A DNA stretch of 61,269 nt, filler included. It is 7 parts of 7 records of this genome, joined end to end, with 100 filler letters (N's around TTAATTAATTAA, not from the genome) between each part and the next. Parts side by side here need not be neighbours in the genome. Positions count along the whole stretch, not along the records: positions 37,325 to 46,511 come from DRR723986_16159; positions 46,612 to 53,651 come from DRR723986_16167; 5 more parts are not named here. One strand, written 5' to 3'. Under the pieces are notes generated by a model. That model worked only from the letters and a program-made list of their open reading frames with translations, was not told the origin of the DNA and searched no databases. A program made the position numbers and the translations under genes. Positions 39,042 through 49,979 of this stretch are shown here, one piece after another; the stretch's first letter is position 1, and every line of letters starts with the position of its first letter.

Positions 39042-39806
39042 TTATTTCGATTTTTTGAGAAAGGCGGCAATGCCTTCGCGGCAGTCGTCCGTCATGCGTG
39101 CCAGTGCATTCATCGACGTTGCGTACTGCAGGCCTGCGTCGAGTGACATCCCCTGCAGCGCATTGAGCATTTCTTTGCTGAGTGCCAATGCCGAAGAACT
39201 GTGGCCGGCCAATTTTTGTGCCAGCGCGTCAGTTGCCTCATCGATTTTTTCATCATCCACAACGTGGCTGATGAGTCCCAGGTGCTCGGCTTCTTCGGCC
39301 TTGATAATATCCGCCGTAAGTATCAAGCGGCGTGCACGCGTGTCACCCAACTTGCGAATCAGGTAGACCATGACGATAGCAGGGATAAAACCAATGCGCA
39401 CTTCTGAATAGCCAAAACGCGCTCCCGATCGTGCCGCCACCACAAAGTCGCACACCGTTGCCAATCCACATCCTCCGGCAATCGCCGGGCCGTGTACTTT
39501 GGCAATCACGGGCTTGGGACATGTATAAATACTGCGGAAAGCGGCCTCAAGTTGGGCGGAGTCGGCTTTATTTTCCAGAATGGAGAAATCTGCCAGCTGC
39601 TGAATGTAGCCCAGATCGGCACCGGCACAGAATGCGGGCCCCTTGCCTTCCAGAATTACAGCGCGCACGGCCGGGTCGGTCGAAACCTTTTCTATGGCAG
39701 CGTGCAACTCAGCCACCAGTTCGGCGCTGAGGGCGTTGCGTTTTTCGGGACGGTTTAGCGCGATGCGCGCAATAGCATTATCAATCTGCAGTTCAATCAG
39801 ACTCAT
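39042..39806 (-). CDS. Enoyl-CoA hydratase family (methylglutaconyl-CoA hydratase-like)
   Basis: LNRPEKRNAL, FCAGADL, AIAGGCGL, SEVRIG. Confidence 0.92.
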   Translation of the reverse strand: MSLIELQIDNAIARIALNRPEKRNALSAELVAELHAAIEKVSTDPAVRAVILEGKGPAFCAGADLGYIQQLADFSILENKADSAQLEAAFRSIYTCPKPVIAKVHGPAIAGGCGLATVCDFVVAARSGARFGYSEVRIGFIPAIVMVYLIRKLGDTRARRLILTADIIKAEEAEHLGLISHVVDDEKIDEATDALAQKLAGHSSSALALSKEMLNALQGMSLDAGLQYATSMNALARMTDDCREGIAAFLKKSK

Positions 39807-40189
39807 AGTGAGTGCTACCAGGCTGGGATGCGTTGAATGACAAAGTTCTGAATTAGACGAGGCATCTGGGTTAAAAAGGGGGAAGAGAGCACCGGAAGGA
39901 CGCGCGGCAGCCAGAATCCAGATTCCGATCGGACCGCAGGCAGAAGCTCTGCTCCACCATGATGCGAGTTTTCAGGCGCCTCTTTAGCCGGGGAAATGGA
40001 GACGAAGACAAATGGCATGACGGACAAGGCAAACAAATCCGTGTACCAGCCAAGGCCAAAATTACGAATTTTCGCCAAAATCTACCGACACACAATGCCA
40101 GCGGTCGGGCACGATCCGACAGGGTAGCTTTGCAATAGTTTGCAGCAAAAATGCCGGGCGCTATGGCCCGCTAGATTTCAATGAGACAC

Positions 40190-43138
40190 TTATTGAGCTC
40201 CTACAATCAGCGGCAGCAGCTCTATGCCGGAAGCACTCTGCAGACGCAGGAAGTAGGCACCGGGGCGAAGCATACTGCAGTCAATCGTGCCAAACTCGCC
40301 ACCGACAGGCAGGCTTGCAGATATTCCGCTGCTGCGTCCCAGGACGTCGAGCACATCAACGCGCAACTCTTGACTGAGCGCCGGGCCACGCAATTGTGCA
40401 TGTGAACGCACCGGATTTGGGTGTACGGTCCAGGCGCTAAGCTTGCGATCCAACCGGGATTCGGCAACACTTGAGGTCTGTGCGTTGACCGCCAGTTCGA
40501 CTGCGGCTTCGACATCATCAATTGCATCCACTGCGCCAAACAAAATGCTCAACTCACGCTCGTCACCGGGTACCCAATTGCCTTCAAAGAGGAGCCCCAC
40601 AACCGTCGCAATTTCGCCGCGGTCATCAAAGGTCAGAGTTACGCCGCTGCTGAGTGAACGAAATTTTTCCTGGTTCGAAAAGCCGTCGTACGTGCCAAAA
40701 GGTGTGCCGCTGACTTCGTTGTCATTATGAAAAATGGCCAGCTGCGGATCGACGGTTTCGTCGCGACTGTACGCGCCAAAGACGGCAACCGGGTAATCGC
40801 TGGTATTTTCGACTATACCAATAGCGCCGGTTGACGTGGCGTCGCCGGGAATCTCTCCACTCAGGAACAGCTCACCGAAGTCGCCATTGCCCTGCGGGCC
40901 AACATCCCAATCCAGGTACACACCAATTGCGGCATCACGTAGATTGTTGTCGCTGATATTTGTCACACGCAGGTCCAGGCGCACAATCGGCGAATTGTCC
41001 TGCTTGTATTGCAAGGTCTGTTCGATGCGCAGGCCCAGGCGTCGCGAGGCGGGCGCTTTTGAGTCTTCAATCACCGAGCGGCCAGTCGCCGGGTTCCAGG
41101 ACTCAATGACTGTGAAGTCATCGGACGAGATGCGGGGATCGACGCTCTTGACGGCGCTGACGATTTCCGTAGCCGAGCGCGCAGCCATCAATCCACCCTG
41201 GAACAAAATCGAGCCGGCACGTGCCGGGCCGTACTGAAAACCAATTCCGTTATCGGCGCGCGTCAATCCGGCAAATCCAATCGAGCCGCGGTCGCCCATC
41301 GAAAAACGAATGCGGTCGTTGGCATAGGTCGTAAAACCCTGCAGCTCCGAAGCATCCGGGTTGAATGGCAGCAGGAAGAAGTCGCGGTATCCGCCCTCCT
41401 GCTCGTCGCTGATGTCAACACGGAAGAACAGGCGCTGCGGTTCGTCCACCGTCTTGCGCATTCTAAAACTTAGTTTATCCAAAACCAGGTCGGAATTGGC
41501 GGCAAATTCATCTACGACGGTTTCAGAGTTCATCACGACCAGTACTTCGTCCGTGTCGTCAACCACGGAAAGACTGAAGCGCAGATTGCTGCCCGCACCC
41601 AGGTGATTGCGCAGCGTAATCGCAAGCAGCGTTTCTTCGCCAAAGTCGGGAAAACGCACCAGGCCTTCGCCGTTGCGGAATTCATATTCGAGAGCTACAA
41701 TTGAGGGCGTTGCAAAAGGATCGCGCGTTACCACATTCAGCATGTCGACACGCCCGGGCAGAAGCTGCGCGTATTCCGGATCGGGATTGCGCTCCAGGAT
41801 TGGCACGGCACTCTGACGCACAAACTCAAGAGCCTGTACCGCAGTCAGCTGCGGGTGCATTCCGCGCGCATGAGCAACCACGCCGGAGACAATTGGTGTT
41901 GCTGCCGAGGTAAGATCAAAACGGCCGTAAAGATTTTGGTTGTTGGTTGTCAGTGAGCGCTGGCCGGGGGCCATGATGCGCACGTTAGGACCAAAGGCAG
42001 ATTCGGCGGCAACGTCGTCGTCATCCCAGGTCAGGCCCACTCCCAGCACCCCCGGATATCCGGCCGGATAGTGCGGGCGCGTGTCACCGTGGTTGCCACC
42101 ACCGGCGACGATTGCCACGTCGCGACTGATTGCGTAGGCAATGATCGCGCGATTGATTTCCGACGAATTAAAGCTGCCCCAGGAGCAGTTGAGAACGTCA
42201 AAACCCATGTTGGCCGCATAAACCACCGACTCCCACAGGTAGATGGGTCCACTGCCGGCCGGCTGTGTTTTCATTGGAAAGATGCGGCATTTATTGCCGG
42301 TTCCAACCATGCCGATTTCATTATTGGCGGTTGCACCCACAATTCCGGCTACGGCCGTGCCATGACCGTCACCAATTGTGACGCCGGGGTCTGTGTTGTC
42401 ATCATTTGCACCAAAGTTGCAGCCCTGCCAGTCATCGATGTAGCCGTTGCCGTCATCGTCGATATCATTATCGGGTATTTCACCTGGATTCTGCCACAGG
42501 TTGTCTTTTAAGTCTTCGTGCCCCTGGAAAACACCGCTGTCGCTCACCCCGATCACGATTGCGGGATCACCGTCGTAAATCTCCCAGGCTTCCAGCGCGC
42601 GGATAGTCCCAAGTAATTCCTGCTCAGAGACGCGTGGGTCATTGGGCACACCATCGCCCATCAACAGGCTGGGAACGTAATAGGGTTCGGCAATTTCAAT
42701 TTCTGGGAAGTTGCGCAGGAGGCGCTGCGCATAATGTTCGGGCAATTCATCGGGTGTGTAGGTCAGGCGGTAAGTGCGCAGCAGCGGCGCTTCGGCGGCC
42801 ATCAATTCTTCCAGGCTGCGGCCACCACGCTGAACTCTGTCCTGCGCGCGCAGTTTAACATTGTGCGTCACCGACTGTTCCGGCGCAAGTAGCGGCCGGA
42901 TTGAACTGACTTCGGGCATGTGCAGCACGGACTGCAGTGCCGCAGGCAAAACCTGCCGCGCGTCCAGGCGCACTAAAATAGTCTTGGCTACTACGGCGTC
43001 ATGACGCCCGATCTCCGGCGCAGGTGCGAGAATCTCTATGCGGTTTGCGGCTTCCGACCCAGTGCAAAACATAAAAAAACTCATAAAGACAAGCCAGAGC
43101 GCCGTCGTCGGCTGTTTTATCGGGATCATCATTGCCAT
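40190..43138 (-). CDS. S8 subtilisin-like serine peptidase with T9SS-type C-terminal domain
   Basis: VSDSG (Asp), HGTAVAG (His), AGGN, TSAATP (Ser); C-terminal HPNP...DVLGR...GAYFLRL. Confidence 0.9.
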   Translation of the reverse strand: MAMMIPIKQPTTALWLVFMSFFMFCTGSEAANRIEILAPAPEIGRHDAVVAKTILVRLDARQVLPAALQSVLHMPEVSSIRPLLAPEQSVTHNVKLRAQDRVQRGGRSLEELMAAEAPLLRTYRLTYTPDELPEHYAQRLLRNFPEIEIAEPYYVPSLLMGDGVPNDPRVSEQELLGTIRALEAWEIYDGDPAIVIGVSDSGVFQGHEDLKDNLWQNPGEIPDNDIDDDGNGYIDDWQGCNFGANDDNTDPGVTIGDGHGTAVAGIVGATANNEIGMVGTGNKCRIFPMKTQPAGSGPIYLWESVVYAANMGFDVLNCSWGSFNSSEINRAIIAYAISRDVAIVAGGGNHGDTRPHYPAGYPGVLGVGLTWDDDDVAAESAFGPNVRIMAPGQRSLTTNNQNLYGRFDLTSAATPIVSGVVAHARGMHPQLTAVQALEFVRQSAVPILERNPDPEYAQLLPGRVDMLNVVTRDPFATPSIVALEYEFRNGEGLVRFPDFGEETLLAITLRNHLGAGSNLRFSLSVVDDTDEVLVVMNSETVVDEFAANSDLVLDKLSFRMRKTVDEPQRLFFRVDISDEQEGGYRDFFLLPFNPDASELQGFTTYANDRIRFSMGDRGSIGFAGLTRADNGIGFQYGPARAGSILFQGGLMAARSATEIVSAVKSVDPRISSDDFTVIESWNPATGRSVIEDSKAPASRRLGLRIEQTLQYKQDNSPIVRLDLRVTNISDNNLRDAAIGVYLDWDVGPQGNGDFGELFLSGEIPGDATSTGAIGIVENTSDYPVAVFGAYSRDETVDPQLAIFHNDNEVSGTPFGTYDGFSNQEKFRSLSSGVTLTFDDRGEIATVVGLLFEGNWVPGDERELSILFGAVDAIDDVEAAVELAVNAQTSSVAESRLDRKLSAWTVHPNPVRSHAQLRGPALSQELRVDVLDVLGRSSGISASLPVGGEFGTIDCSMLRPGAYFLRLQSASGIELLPLIVGAQ

Positions 43139-43446
43139 CGCCTTGAATGATTGTGTTCGGGATGCGAACCTTGCGGAACCTTTGCCGGCGCAGCACGCCG
43201 ATCAGAACAATTTACGATATACGCTCAAAAACACGCACCGCGCTGCCAAGTCGCAAGTTTACAACACAGAATAATATTTGCGGCCGGCGATTTCACAGCA
43301 CCACAAAGGTACGCCAGATACAACTCAGCAAAACCATGCTCCCCAAGGCTTTACGCGGAAATGACCCAAACATCGGTCAAAACTGATGGCGACATTAATA
43401 TTTAAAGTCTTTGGATCGTATCACAGAATAATTTTAAGTTTGCACT

Positions 43447-43989
43447 ATGAAATTCGATCAAAAAATGCCGGTTTTACTTCTGGACGACGTCGATCGCAGC
43501 CTGTGTGAGGCCCTGCAAGCCAACGGACGGGCGCACTATTCCGACCTTGCGGAATTGGTCAAACTCTCCGTACCTGCCGTTCGCGAACGCATCATGAAGT
43601 TGGAACAACGCGGCATTATCAGCGGATTCAGCGCTGTGCTAAACGCCGAGGCTTTTGGTCTGGATCTGACGGTGTTTGTTTACGTCAACCTGGCCGGCAG
43701 CGATAACTTTAACGATTTCATTGAGCTGTGCCGCACGCGGCGTGAGATTCAGGAATGCCACGCGATAACCGGGCAGGCCAGTCACCTGCTTAAAATTCGC
43801 GCGCGCAACCGTGCAGCGCTGGAGAGCATTCTCTCCGAGATCCAGCGCTGGCCGGGCGTGCAGGGCACGCAGACACACATGGTGCTTTCCACACATACGG
43901 AAACACATGCCATCGATACGCGCCTGCCCGCAGAATCCGGTGCGGAGCGCACAACACAGCCACGCAAAAATGGCAGCGTAAAAGCCTAA
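43447..43989 (+). CDS. Lrp/AsnC family transcriptional regulator
   Basis: LDDVDR, LSVPAVRERIMKLEQRGII, ECHAITG. Confidence 0.93.
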   Translation: MKFDQKMPVLLLDDVDRSLCEALQANGRAHYSDLAELVKLSVPAVRERIMKLEQRGIISGFSAVLNAEAFGLDLTVFVYVNLAGSDNFNDFIELCRTRREIQECHAITGQASHLLKIRARNRAALESILSEIQRWPGVQGTQTHMVLSTHTETHAIDTRLPAESGAERTTQPRKNGSVKA

Positions 43990-44133
43990 ACGGCTCAGGC
44001 GGCAATCGGCTGCCGGGTGCGTTTTCTCCAACTGAAATTTTCAAGCCCAGAGCATAACCCCAATACCTAAGCCCGTACATAAACGGTATTTCGAGCATTC
44101 AACTCGTTTCAAAGCGGAATCGGACATACTCCT

Positions 44134-46377
44134 ATGCAAGCTAACAACGTGAACTTCGATCGTCTCCAGCCCCTAGCCTCAAACCTTGGTAACACCAATG
44201 GAAATGCCAACGGCAGCTCCAATGGTTACTCCAACGGCAGCTTGCGACAGACCGGAGGCCAGACGCAGACAGCAGACATCAATTCAATCTTCGGTATGCA
44301 TACACTGACGGTAGAAATGATGCGGGAAACTCTGCCGCGCGACGTCTACAAAAAATTGCTCGCTACGGTCGAAGACGGTGCAAAACTCGACATCTCCGTT
44401 GCCGACGCCGTTGCCGTCGCCATGAAAACCTGGGCGATAGAACGCGGTGCGACCCACTTCACGCACTGGTTCCAACCGCTGACGGGCAGCACGGCCGAAA
44501 AACACGACAGTTTCGTGACGCCCAACAAAGGCGGCGGAGCCATGTACGAATTCTCCGGCAAGGAGCTGATTCAGGGTGAACCCGACGCTTCCTCCTTCCC
44601 CAACGGTGGCCTGCGTGCTACGTTTGAAGCACGTGGTTACACGGCCTGGGATCCAACCTCGCCGGTCTTTATCGTCGAAAATCCACGCGGAGCCACACTC
44701 TGCATCCCAACGGCATTTGCCTCGTGGACCGGTGAAGCGCTTGACCACAAGACGCCGCTGCTGCGCTCAATCGATGCGCTTTCCCGCGAAGCACTCAAGG
44801 CGCTCAAGCTCTTCGGCATGGATGAGGTCAAGAAAGTTGTCACAACCGTCGGTGCGGAACAGGAATACTTCCTCGTCGATCGCGAGTTCTACTATCGCCG
44901 TCCCGACCTGGTCGCTTGCGGCCGCACATTGTTTGGTGCGCCACCGCCACGTGGCCAGGAACTGAGCGACCACTACTTCGGATCAATTCCCGATCGCGTT
45001 CTGGCCTATATGTCGGACGTTGAATACGAACTCTACCGCCTGGGCATCCCCGTCAAAACACGACATAATGAAGTTGCTCCAGGGCAATACGAGCTGGCGC
45101 CAATCTTTGAGCACAGCAATATTGCTGCCGATCACCAGCATCAGATTATGCAGACCCTGCGCAACCAGGCCAGCAAATACGGTCTGGTCTGCCTGATGCA
45201 CGAAAAACCATTTGCGGGCCTCAACGGTAGCGGTAAACACAACAACTGGTCGATGAGCACGGACACGGGCGTCAACCTGCTTGAGCCTGGTGATACGCCG
45301 CATTCCAACCGTCTCTTCCTCTTTTTCTGTACAGCAGTTCTGGCAGCGGCGGACAGGCATCAGGATATTCTGCGCGCCGTAGTCGCCAGCGCCGGCAACG
45401 ACCACAGACTTGGTGGGCACGAAGCGCCACCGGCAATTATTTCGGCCTTCCTGGGTGAGCAGCTCAGCGAAATCTTTGGCAATATTGTTAAGGGCACGGA
45501 AGGTCAGGCAATGGAAGCGGGCCTCCTGGGTCTGGGTGTTCCATCACTGCCACCGCTGCCGCGCCACGCCGGCGACCGCAACCGTACTTCTCCATTCGCC
45601 TTTACCGGCAACAAGTTTGAGTTCCGCGCAGTTGGCTCCAGCCAAACGATTTCCTTCGTGAACGTGGCGCTTAACACAATGGTCGCTGAGGCAATTGCCG
45701 ATCTGACGGCTGATGTGGAAGAACTCATGCTCGGCGGCAAAGCCCTCGGCTCGGCCCTGCGCACAGTCATCAAACGCTACATTTCCAAGCACGAACGCAT
45801 CATCTTTGACGGCGACGGCTACTCACAGGAATGGCTGGACATGGCTCGCGACCGCGGCCTGCTCAATTTGGTGAATTCGCTTGACGCTTACGCCGCACTC
45901 GGCACACAAAAGAATGTTGAGTTGTTCGACAAGTTCGAGGTTCTCAACAAACGCGAGCTGGATGCACGTGTAGAGATCATGTTCGACCAGTACTTCAAAA
46001 CAATCAGCATCGAAGTCGACTCGAGCCTTTCAATCGCCCAGCGCATCATCCTGCCGGCCGCAATTCGGACAATGAATGAGATTGGCAGCACATTGCGCCA
46101 CACCGAAAACATTGGCCTCAAAGCTAAAAACACACATGCGCTACTCAAACGCATAACCGGCCACGCCAATGATCTGCAAGAAGCGATTGATCATTTGCGC
46201 GAAACAGCTCGCATTTTCGATACCGACTGCGGCGTCGAAGAACTTTCGGGCCACACGACGTCAAAAATCCTACCTGCGATGGAGCGCGTCCGTCAAATCG
46301 CCGACACACTCGAAACCTTGGTTCCGTCCGACTTATGGCCACTGCCGAGCTACGAGGAAATGCTCTTCGTCAAATAA
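44134..46377 (+). CDS. glnA: Glutamine synthetase type III
   Basis: [58 protein letters not shown]. Confidence 0.96.
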   Translation: MQANNVNFDRLQPLASNLGNTNGNANGSSNGYSNGSLRQTGGQTQTADINSIFGMHTLTVEMMRETLPRDVYKKLLATVEDGAKLDISVADAVAVAMKTWAIERGATHFTHWFQPLTGSTAEKHDSFVTPNKGGGAMYEFSGKELIQGEPDASSFPNGGLRATFEARGYTAWDPTSPVFIVENPRGATLCIPTAFASWTGEALDHKTPLLRSIDALSREALKALKLFGMDEVKKVVTTVGAEQEYFLVDREFYYRRPDLVACGRTLFGAPPPRGQELSDHYFGSIPDRVLAYMSDVEYELYRLGIPVKTRHNEVAPGQYELAPIFEHSNIAADHQHQIMQTLRNQASKYGLVCLMHEKPFAGLNGSGKHNNWSMSTDTGVNLLEPGDTPHSNRLFLFFCTAVLAAADRHQDILRAVVASAGNDHRLGGHEAPPAIISAFLGEQLSEIFGNIVKGTEGQAMEAGLLGLGVPSLPPLPRHAGDRNRTSPFAFTGNKFEFRAVGSSQTISFVNVALNTMVAEAIADLTADVEELMLGGKALGSALRTVIKRYISKHERIIFDGDGYSQEWLDMARDRGLLNLVNSLDAYAALGTQKNVELFDKFEVLNKRELDARVEIMFDQYFKTISIEVDSSLSIAQRIILPAAIRTMNEIGSTLRHTENIGLKAKNTHALLKRITGHANDLQEAIDHLRETARIFDTDCGVEELSGHTTSKILPAMERVRQIADTLETLVPSDLWPLPSYEEMLFVK

Positions 46378-46427
46378 TGCATTCACGCTGTATGGTTTGA
46401 CGTTTTTCTGGCACGGAATGTACGTTT

Positions 46428-46462
46428 AAAGGCTGTCGGGCTCAGATCCGGCAGCCTTTTTT
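46428..46462 (+). terminator. Rho-independent terminator
   Basis: AAAGGCTGTCGG...CCGGCAGCCTTTTTT. Confidence 0.8.
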
Positions 46463-46511
46463 GTTTTGGTGATTTTCCTGAGGCAGAGCGCTGCGCCCCT
46501 CCCATTGCATT

Positions 46512-46611
46512 NNNNNNNNNNNNNNNNNNNNNNNNNNNNNNNNNNNNNNNNNNNNTTAATTAATTAANNNNNNNNNNNNNNNNNNNNNNNNNNNNNNNNN
46601 NNNNNNNNNNN
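46512..46611. other. Artificial contig linker
   Basis: 44 N + TTAATTAATTAA + 44 N. Confidence 0.99.
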
Positions 46612-47100
46612 GATGGACGGCGGGATGATCTGGCCCAGCGTACCGGTGGCGCAGATGCTGCCCGCTGCGATCGAGGGCTTGTAGCCGCTGCGCAGCATGC
46701 TGGGCAGCGACAGCAGGCCCATGGTAACCACGGTGGCACCAACGATGCCGGTGCTGGCCGCCAGCAGCATACCCACCAGTACCACGGAGATCGCCAGGCC
46801 ACCGCGCAGGCGCCCGAAGACTTTCGCCATATTACCCAGCAACTCCTCGGCGACCCGGGACTTTTCCAGGATGACGCCCATCAGGATAAACAGGGGCACG
46901 GCAATCAGGGTGGCGTTGCTGATGGTCCCGAACAGGCGTCCGGGTAAAGCGGAAAGGAAAGCCGGGTCAAAGCCTCCCGCGAGGATGCCGGCGGCGGCGA
47001 AGGCCAGAGCGGTACCCGCCAGAGTGAAGGCTACCGGGTAGCCAAGCATCAGTAGCGCGCAGACCGCGAAAAACATCCACAGGGCGATGGTGCCGTCCAT
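46612..47100 (-). CDS. dctM: TRAP transporter large permease, 3'-partial
   Basis: GYPVAFTL, AVPLFILMG, AASTGIVGA, GTLGQIIPPS. Confidence 0.92.
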
Positions 47101-47624
47101 CAGTTATCGCCCTCAACCAGCGACAGCGTATTGCGCAGGATTTCCGCCAGGCCCTGCAACAGCAGGTTCACCGCCAGCAACAGCAGCAGCGTTTTCAACA
47201 GGAACACCGCCGGTATGCCGCCGGGCTCCGGTGAGACTTCCCGGATTGACCAGGACTCCGCGACATAGCTCCAGCTGACCCCGAGAATGAACAGCGACAC
47301 CGGCAGCAGGAACACGATGCCGCCCAGGCTGTTGATCCAGGCCTTGGTTCGCGGGCTGAACTCGCGGTAGAAGATATCCACCCGGACATGGCCATCGACC
47401 TTCAGGGTGTAGGCGGCGCCAAGCATGAACAGGCAGCCGTGCATGTAGGTCACGGCTTCCTGCGCCGCGATCGAACCGATGTTGAAGCCGTAGCGTAAAA
47501 TCACTACCAGGGCGGTGACCGCCGCCATGGCCAGTGACAGCCAGGCGAGAGATCGTCCTAAGCTCTCGGTGAATGCATCGAGGCCCCTAACGAGGGCATG
47601 CAGAAACGGCATGGGCTTGCGCAA
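47100..47624 (-). CDS. dctQ: TRAP transporter small permease
   Basis: VVILRY, GHVRVDIFY and 4 TM segments. Confidence 0.92.
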   Translation of the reverse strand: MRKPMPFLHALVRGLDAFTESLGRSLAWLSLAMAAVTALVVILRYGFNIGSIAAQEAVTYMHGCLFMLGAAYTLKVDGHVRVDIFYREFSPRTKAWINSLGGIVFLLPVSLFILGVSWSYVAESWSIREVSPEPGGIPAVFLLKTLLLLLAVNLLLQGLAEILRNTLSLVEGDN

Positions 47625-47715
47625 ACTTTTTGATTATTGGTGCGCAGAGTATCATAGCCGACCGCTGTGACGCAGATTGTCGCAAGAGCCGCCAACGAGC
47701 AATGGAAGACCCGCA

Positions 47716-48498
47716 ATGCTGACCGTGATATCACCGGCGAAGACGCTGGATTTTGACACCCCGCCGCTTACCAGGCGCAAGACACAACCCGAGTTTATGG
47801 CCCAGGCGGGCGAGCTGGTGGAAGATGCCAGGCGCCTGTCGCCGGAGCAGATCGGCAGTCTTATGGGCGTGAGCGATGCGATTGCCAACCTCAATCACGC
47901 GCGGTTCATGAACTGGTCGCCACCATTTGCCCTGGGCAATGCCAAGCAGGCCTTGCTGGCCTTTCGCGGCGATGTTTACACCGGGCTCGATGCTGACAGC
48001 CTGTCTGCGGATGAGCTGGGCTTTGCCCAGCAGCACCTGCGTATCCTGTCGGGGCTGTATGGTCTGCTGCGCCCGCTGGACCTGATGCAGGCCTACCGTC
48101 TGGAGATGGGCCTGAAATTCGCCAATCGCGGGGGCGATAACCTGTACCAGTTCTGGGGTGACCGCATTACCCGCAGCCTGAACCGTGATCTGGCCAAGTC
48201 CGGTTCGCCGGTGCTGGTCAACCTGGCCTCGAACGAGTACTTCAGGGCAGTGCAGCCCGGGGCGCTGGAGGCTGACATAATCACCCCGGTGTTCAAGGAC
48301 CTGCGCGGTGGCAAGTACAAAGTGATCAGCTTCTTTGCCAAGAAGGCCCGTGGCCAGATGGCCCGCTACATCATCGAGAAGTCCTTGAACCAGCCGGCCG
48401 AGCTGAAGAAATTCCGGCGCGGTGGTTATCGGTATAACGCCGCCGAGTCCAGTGCCCGCGAACTGGTGTTCACTCGCGATGCGCCGCCTGCGGAATAA
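47716..48498 (+). CDS. yaaA: Peroxide stress protein YaaA
   Basis: ISPAKTLD, LSGLYGLLRPLD, YRLEMG, NLASNEY, AKKARG. Confidence 0.95.
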   Translation: MLTVISPAKTLDFDTPPLTRRKTQPEFMAQAGELVEDARRLSPEQIGSLMGVSDAIANLNHARFMNWSPPFALGNAKQALLAFRGDVYTGLDADSLSADELGFAQQHLRILSGLYGLLRPLDLMQAYRLEMGLKFANRGGDNLYQFWGDRITRSLNRDLAKSGSPVLVNLASNEYFRAVQPGALEADIITPVFKDLRGGKYKVISFFAKKARGQMARYIIEKSLNQPAELKKFRRGGYRYNAAESSARELVFTRDAPPAE

Positions 48499-48504
48499 GA
48501 GCTG

Positions 48505-49974
48505 ATGACCGAGCAGGACAAGGTTTACCAGGTCGCCATCATCGGTGCCGGCATGTCCGGCATCTGCATGGGGATCAAGTTGCGCCAGCGAGGTATCGAC
48601 GATTTCGTGATCCTCGAAAAATCGCCCGATGTCGGAGGCACCTGGCACGACAACACCTACCCCGGGGCCTGTTGCGATGTGCCCTCGGTGCTGTACAGCT
48701 ATTCCTTCGAGCCCAATCCCAACTGGTCGCGCAAGTATTCACCGCATGACGAGATCAAGGCCTACTTTGCCCACTGTGCCGACAAGTATGGCCTGCGGCC
48801 CAGGATGCGTCTGGGGGTGGAAGTCACCTCGGCCCGCTTCGATGAGTCTGCCGGGGTCTGGCGACTGACCCTGGGCGGTGGGCAGCGCATTGTCGCGCGG
48901 GCCCTGGTCAGCGGCCTGGGGCAGCTAAACGTCCCCAATATTCCCGAGTTTCCCGGGGCCGACCAGTTCAGGGGAACGGCATTTCACTCCGCGCGCTGGA
49001 ACCATGCCGCCGACCTGCGTGGCAGGCGGGTGGCGGTGATCGGCAATGCCGCCAGTGCCCTGCAGTTCATTCCCCACCTTGCCCGTGAAGCCGGGCAGCT
49101 ATATATCTACCAGCGCAGCGCCAACTATGTACTCAAGCGCGATGACCGGCCGTATACGCCGGCGGAAAAACGCCGCTTTGCCCGCTGCCCCTGGCTGCAG
49201 AAGGCCCTCCGGGCACTGGTCTACCTGCAAAACGAGTTCCTGTTCTACCCGGTTTTGCGCAACCGCAGCCTGCTGCGGCCCTGGCTGGAGAAAGCCGCTC
49301 GCCAGAATCTGGAGGACCACATCCAGGACCCCGCGCTGAGAGAGAAACTCACCCCCGATTATCCCGCCGGCTGCAAGCGCGTCCTGGTGTCGGACGATTA
49401 CTACCAGGCGTTCAATCGGCCCGGGGTGGAGCTGGTTACAGCGCCGATTACCGGCATCGATGAGCGGGGTGTCGTCGCCGGTGACGGCGTCGATCGTCCG
49501 GCCGATGTCATTATCTACGGGACCGGCTTCAAGACCTCCGAGATGCTGGCAGCGGTTGATTTCCATGGCGTGGCCGACAAGTCGCTGCGCGAGGCCTGGC
49601 GAGATGGTGCGGAGGCCTATCACGGTGTCTGCGTGGCGGGCTTCCCCAATTTCTTCATGTTGTACGGGCCCAATACCAACCTGGGCAGTAACTCGATCAT
49701 TTTCATGGTGGAACGGCAGTGTGACTACGCACTGCGCTGCATCGACAAGCTACTCAGCCACGGCCTGAGCAGCCTCGACGTGGACACCCGGGTGATGCGG
49801 GCTTACAACGAACGCATGCAGCGGGAACTGGAAGGGACCGTCTGGGTGGCCCGCTGTGATAGCTGGTACAAGAATGCCGCGGGCAAGGTGGTCAACAATT
49901 GGCCCCGCTCCACCCTGGCCTACTGGTGGCATATGCGCGCGCCGGATTTCACCGACTTCAATATGCGGGGCTGA
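48505..49974 (+). CDS. Flavin-containing monooxygenase (Baeyer-Villiger type)
   Basis: GAGMSG, GGTWHDNTYPGACCD, FxGxxFHSARW, GTGF. Confidence 0.92.
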   Translation: MTEQDKVYQVAIIGAGMSGICMGIKLRQRGIDDFVILEKSPDVGGTWHDNTYPGACCDVPSVLYSYSFEPNPNWSRKYSPHDEIKAYFAHCADKYGLRPRMRLGVEVTSARFDESAGVWRLTLGGGQRIVARALVSGLGQLNVPNIPEFPGADQFRGTAFHSARWNHAADLRGRRVAVIGNAASALQFIPHLAREAGQLYIYQRSANYVLKRDDRPYTPAEKRRFARCPWLQKALRALVYLQNEFLFYPVLRNRSLLRPWLEKAARQNLEDHIQDPALREKLTPDYPAGCKRVLVSDDYYQAFNRPGVELVTAPITGIDERGVVAGDGVDRPADVIIYGTGFKTSEMLAAVDFHGVADKSLREAWRDGAEAYHGVCVAGFPNFFMLYGPNTNLGSNSIIFMVERQCDYALRCIDKLLSHGLSSLDVDTRVMRAYNERMQRELEGTVWVARCDSWYKNAAGKVVNNWPRSTLAYWWHMRAPDFTDFNMRG

Positions 49975-49979
49975 GCCGG

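Noticed and set aside
39815-40095. Small ORFs between the hydratase and the protease
   Set aside because: No recognisable motif or clear start; probably untranslated.
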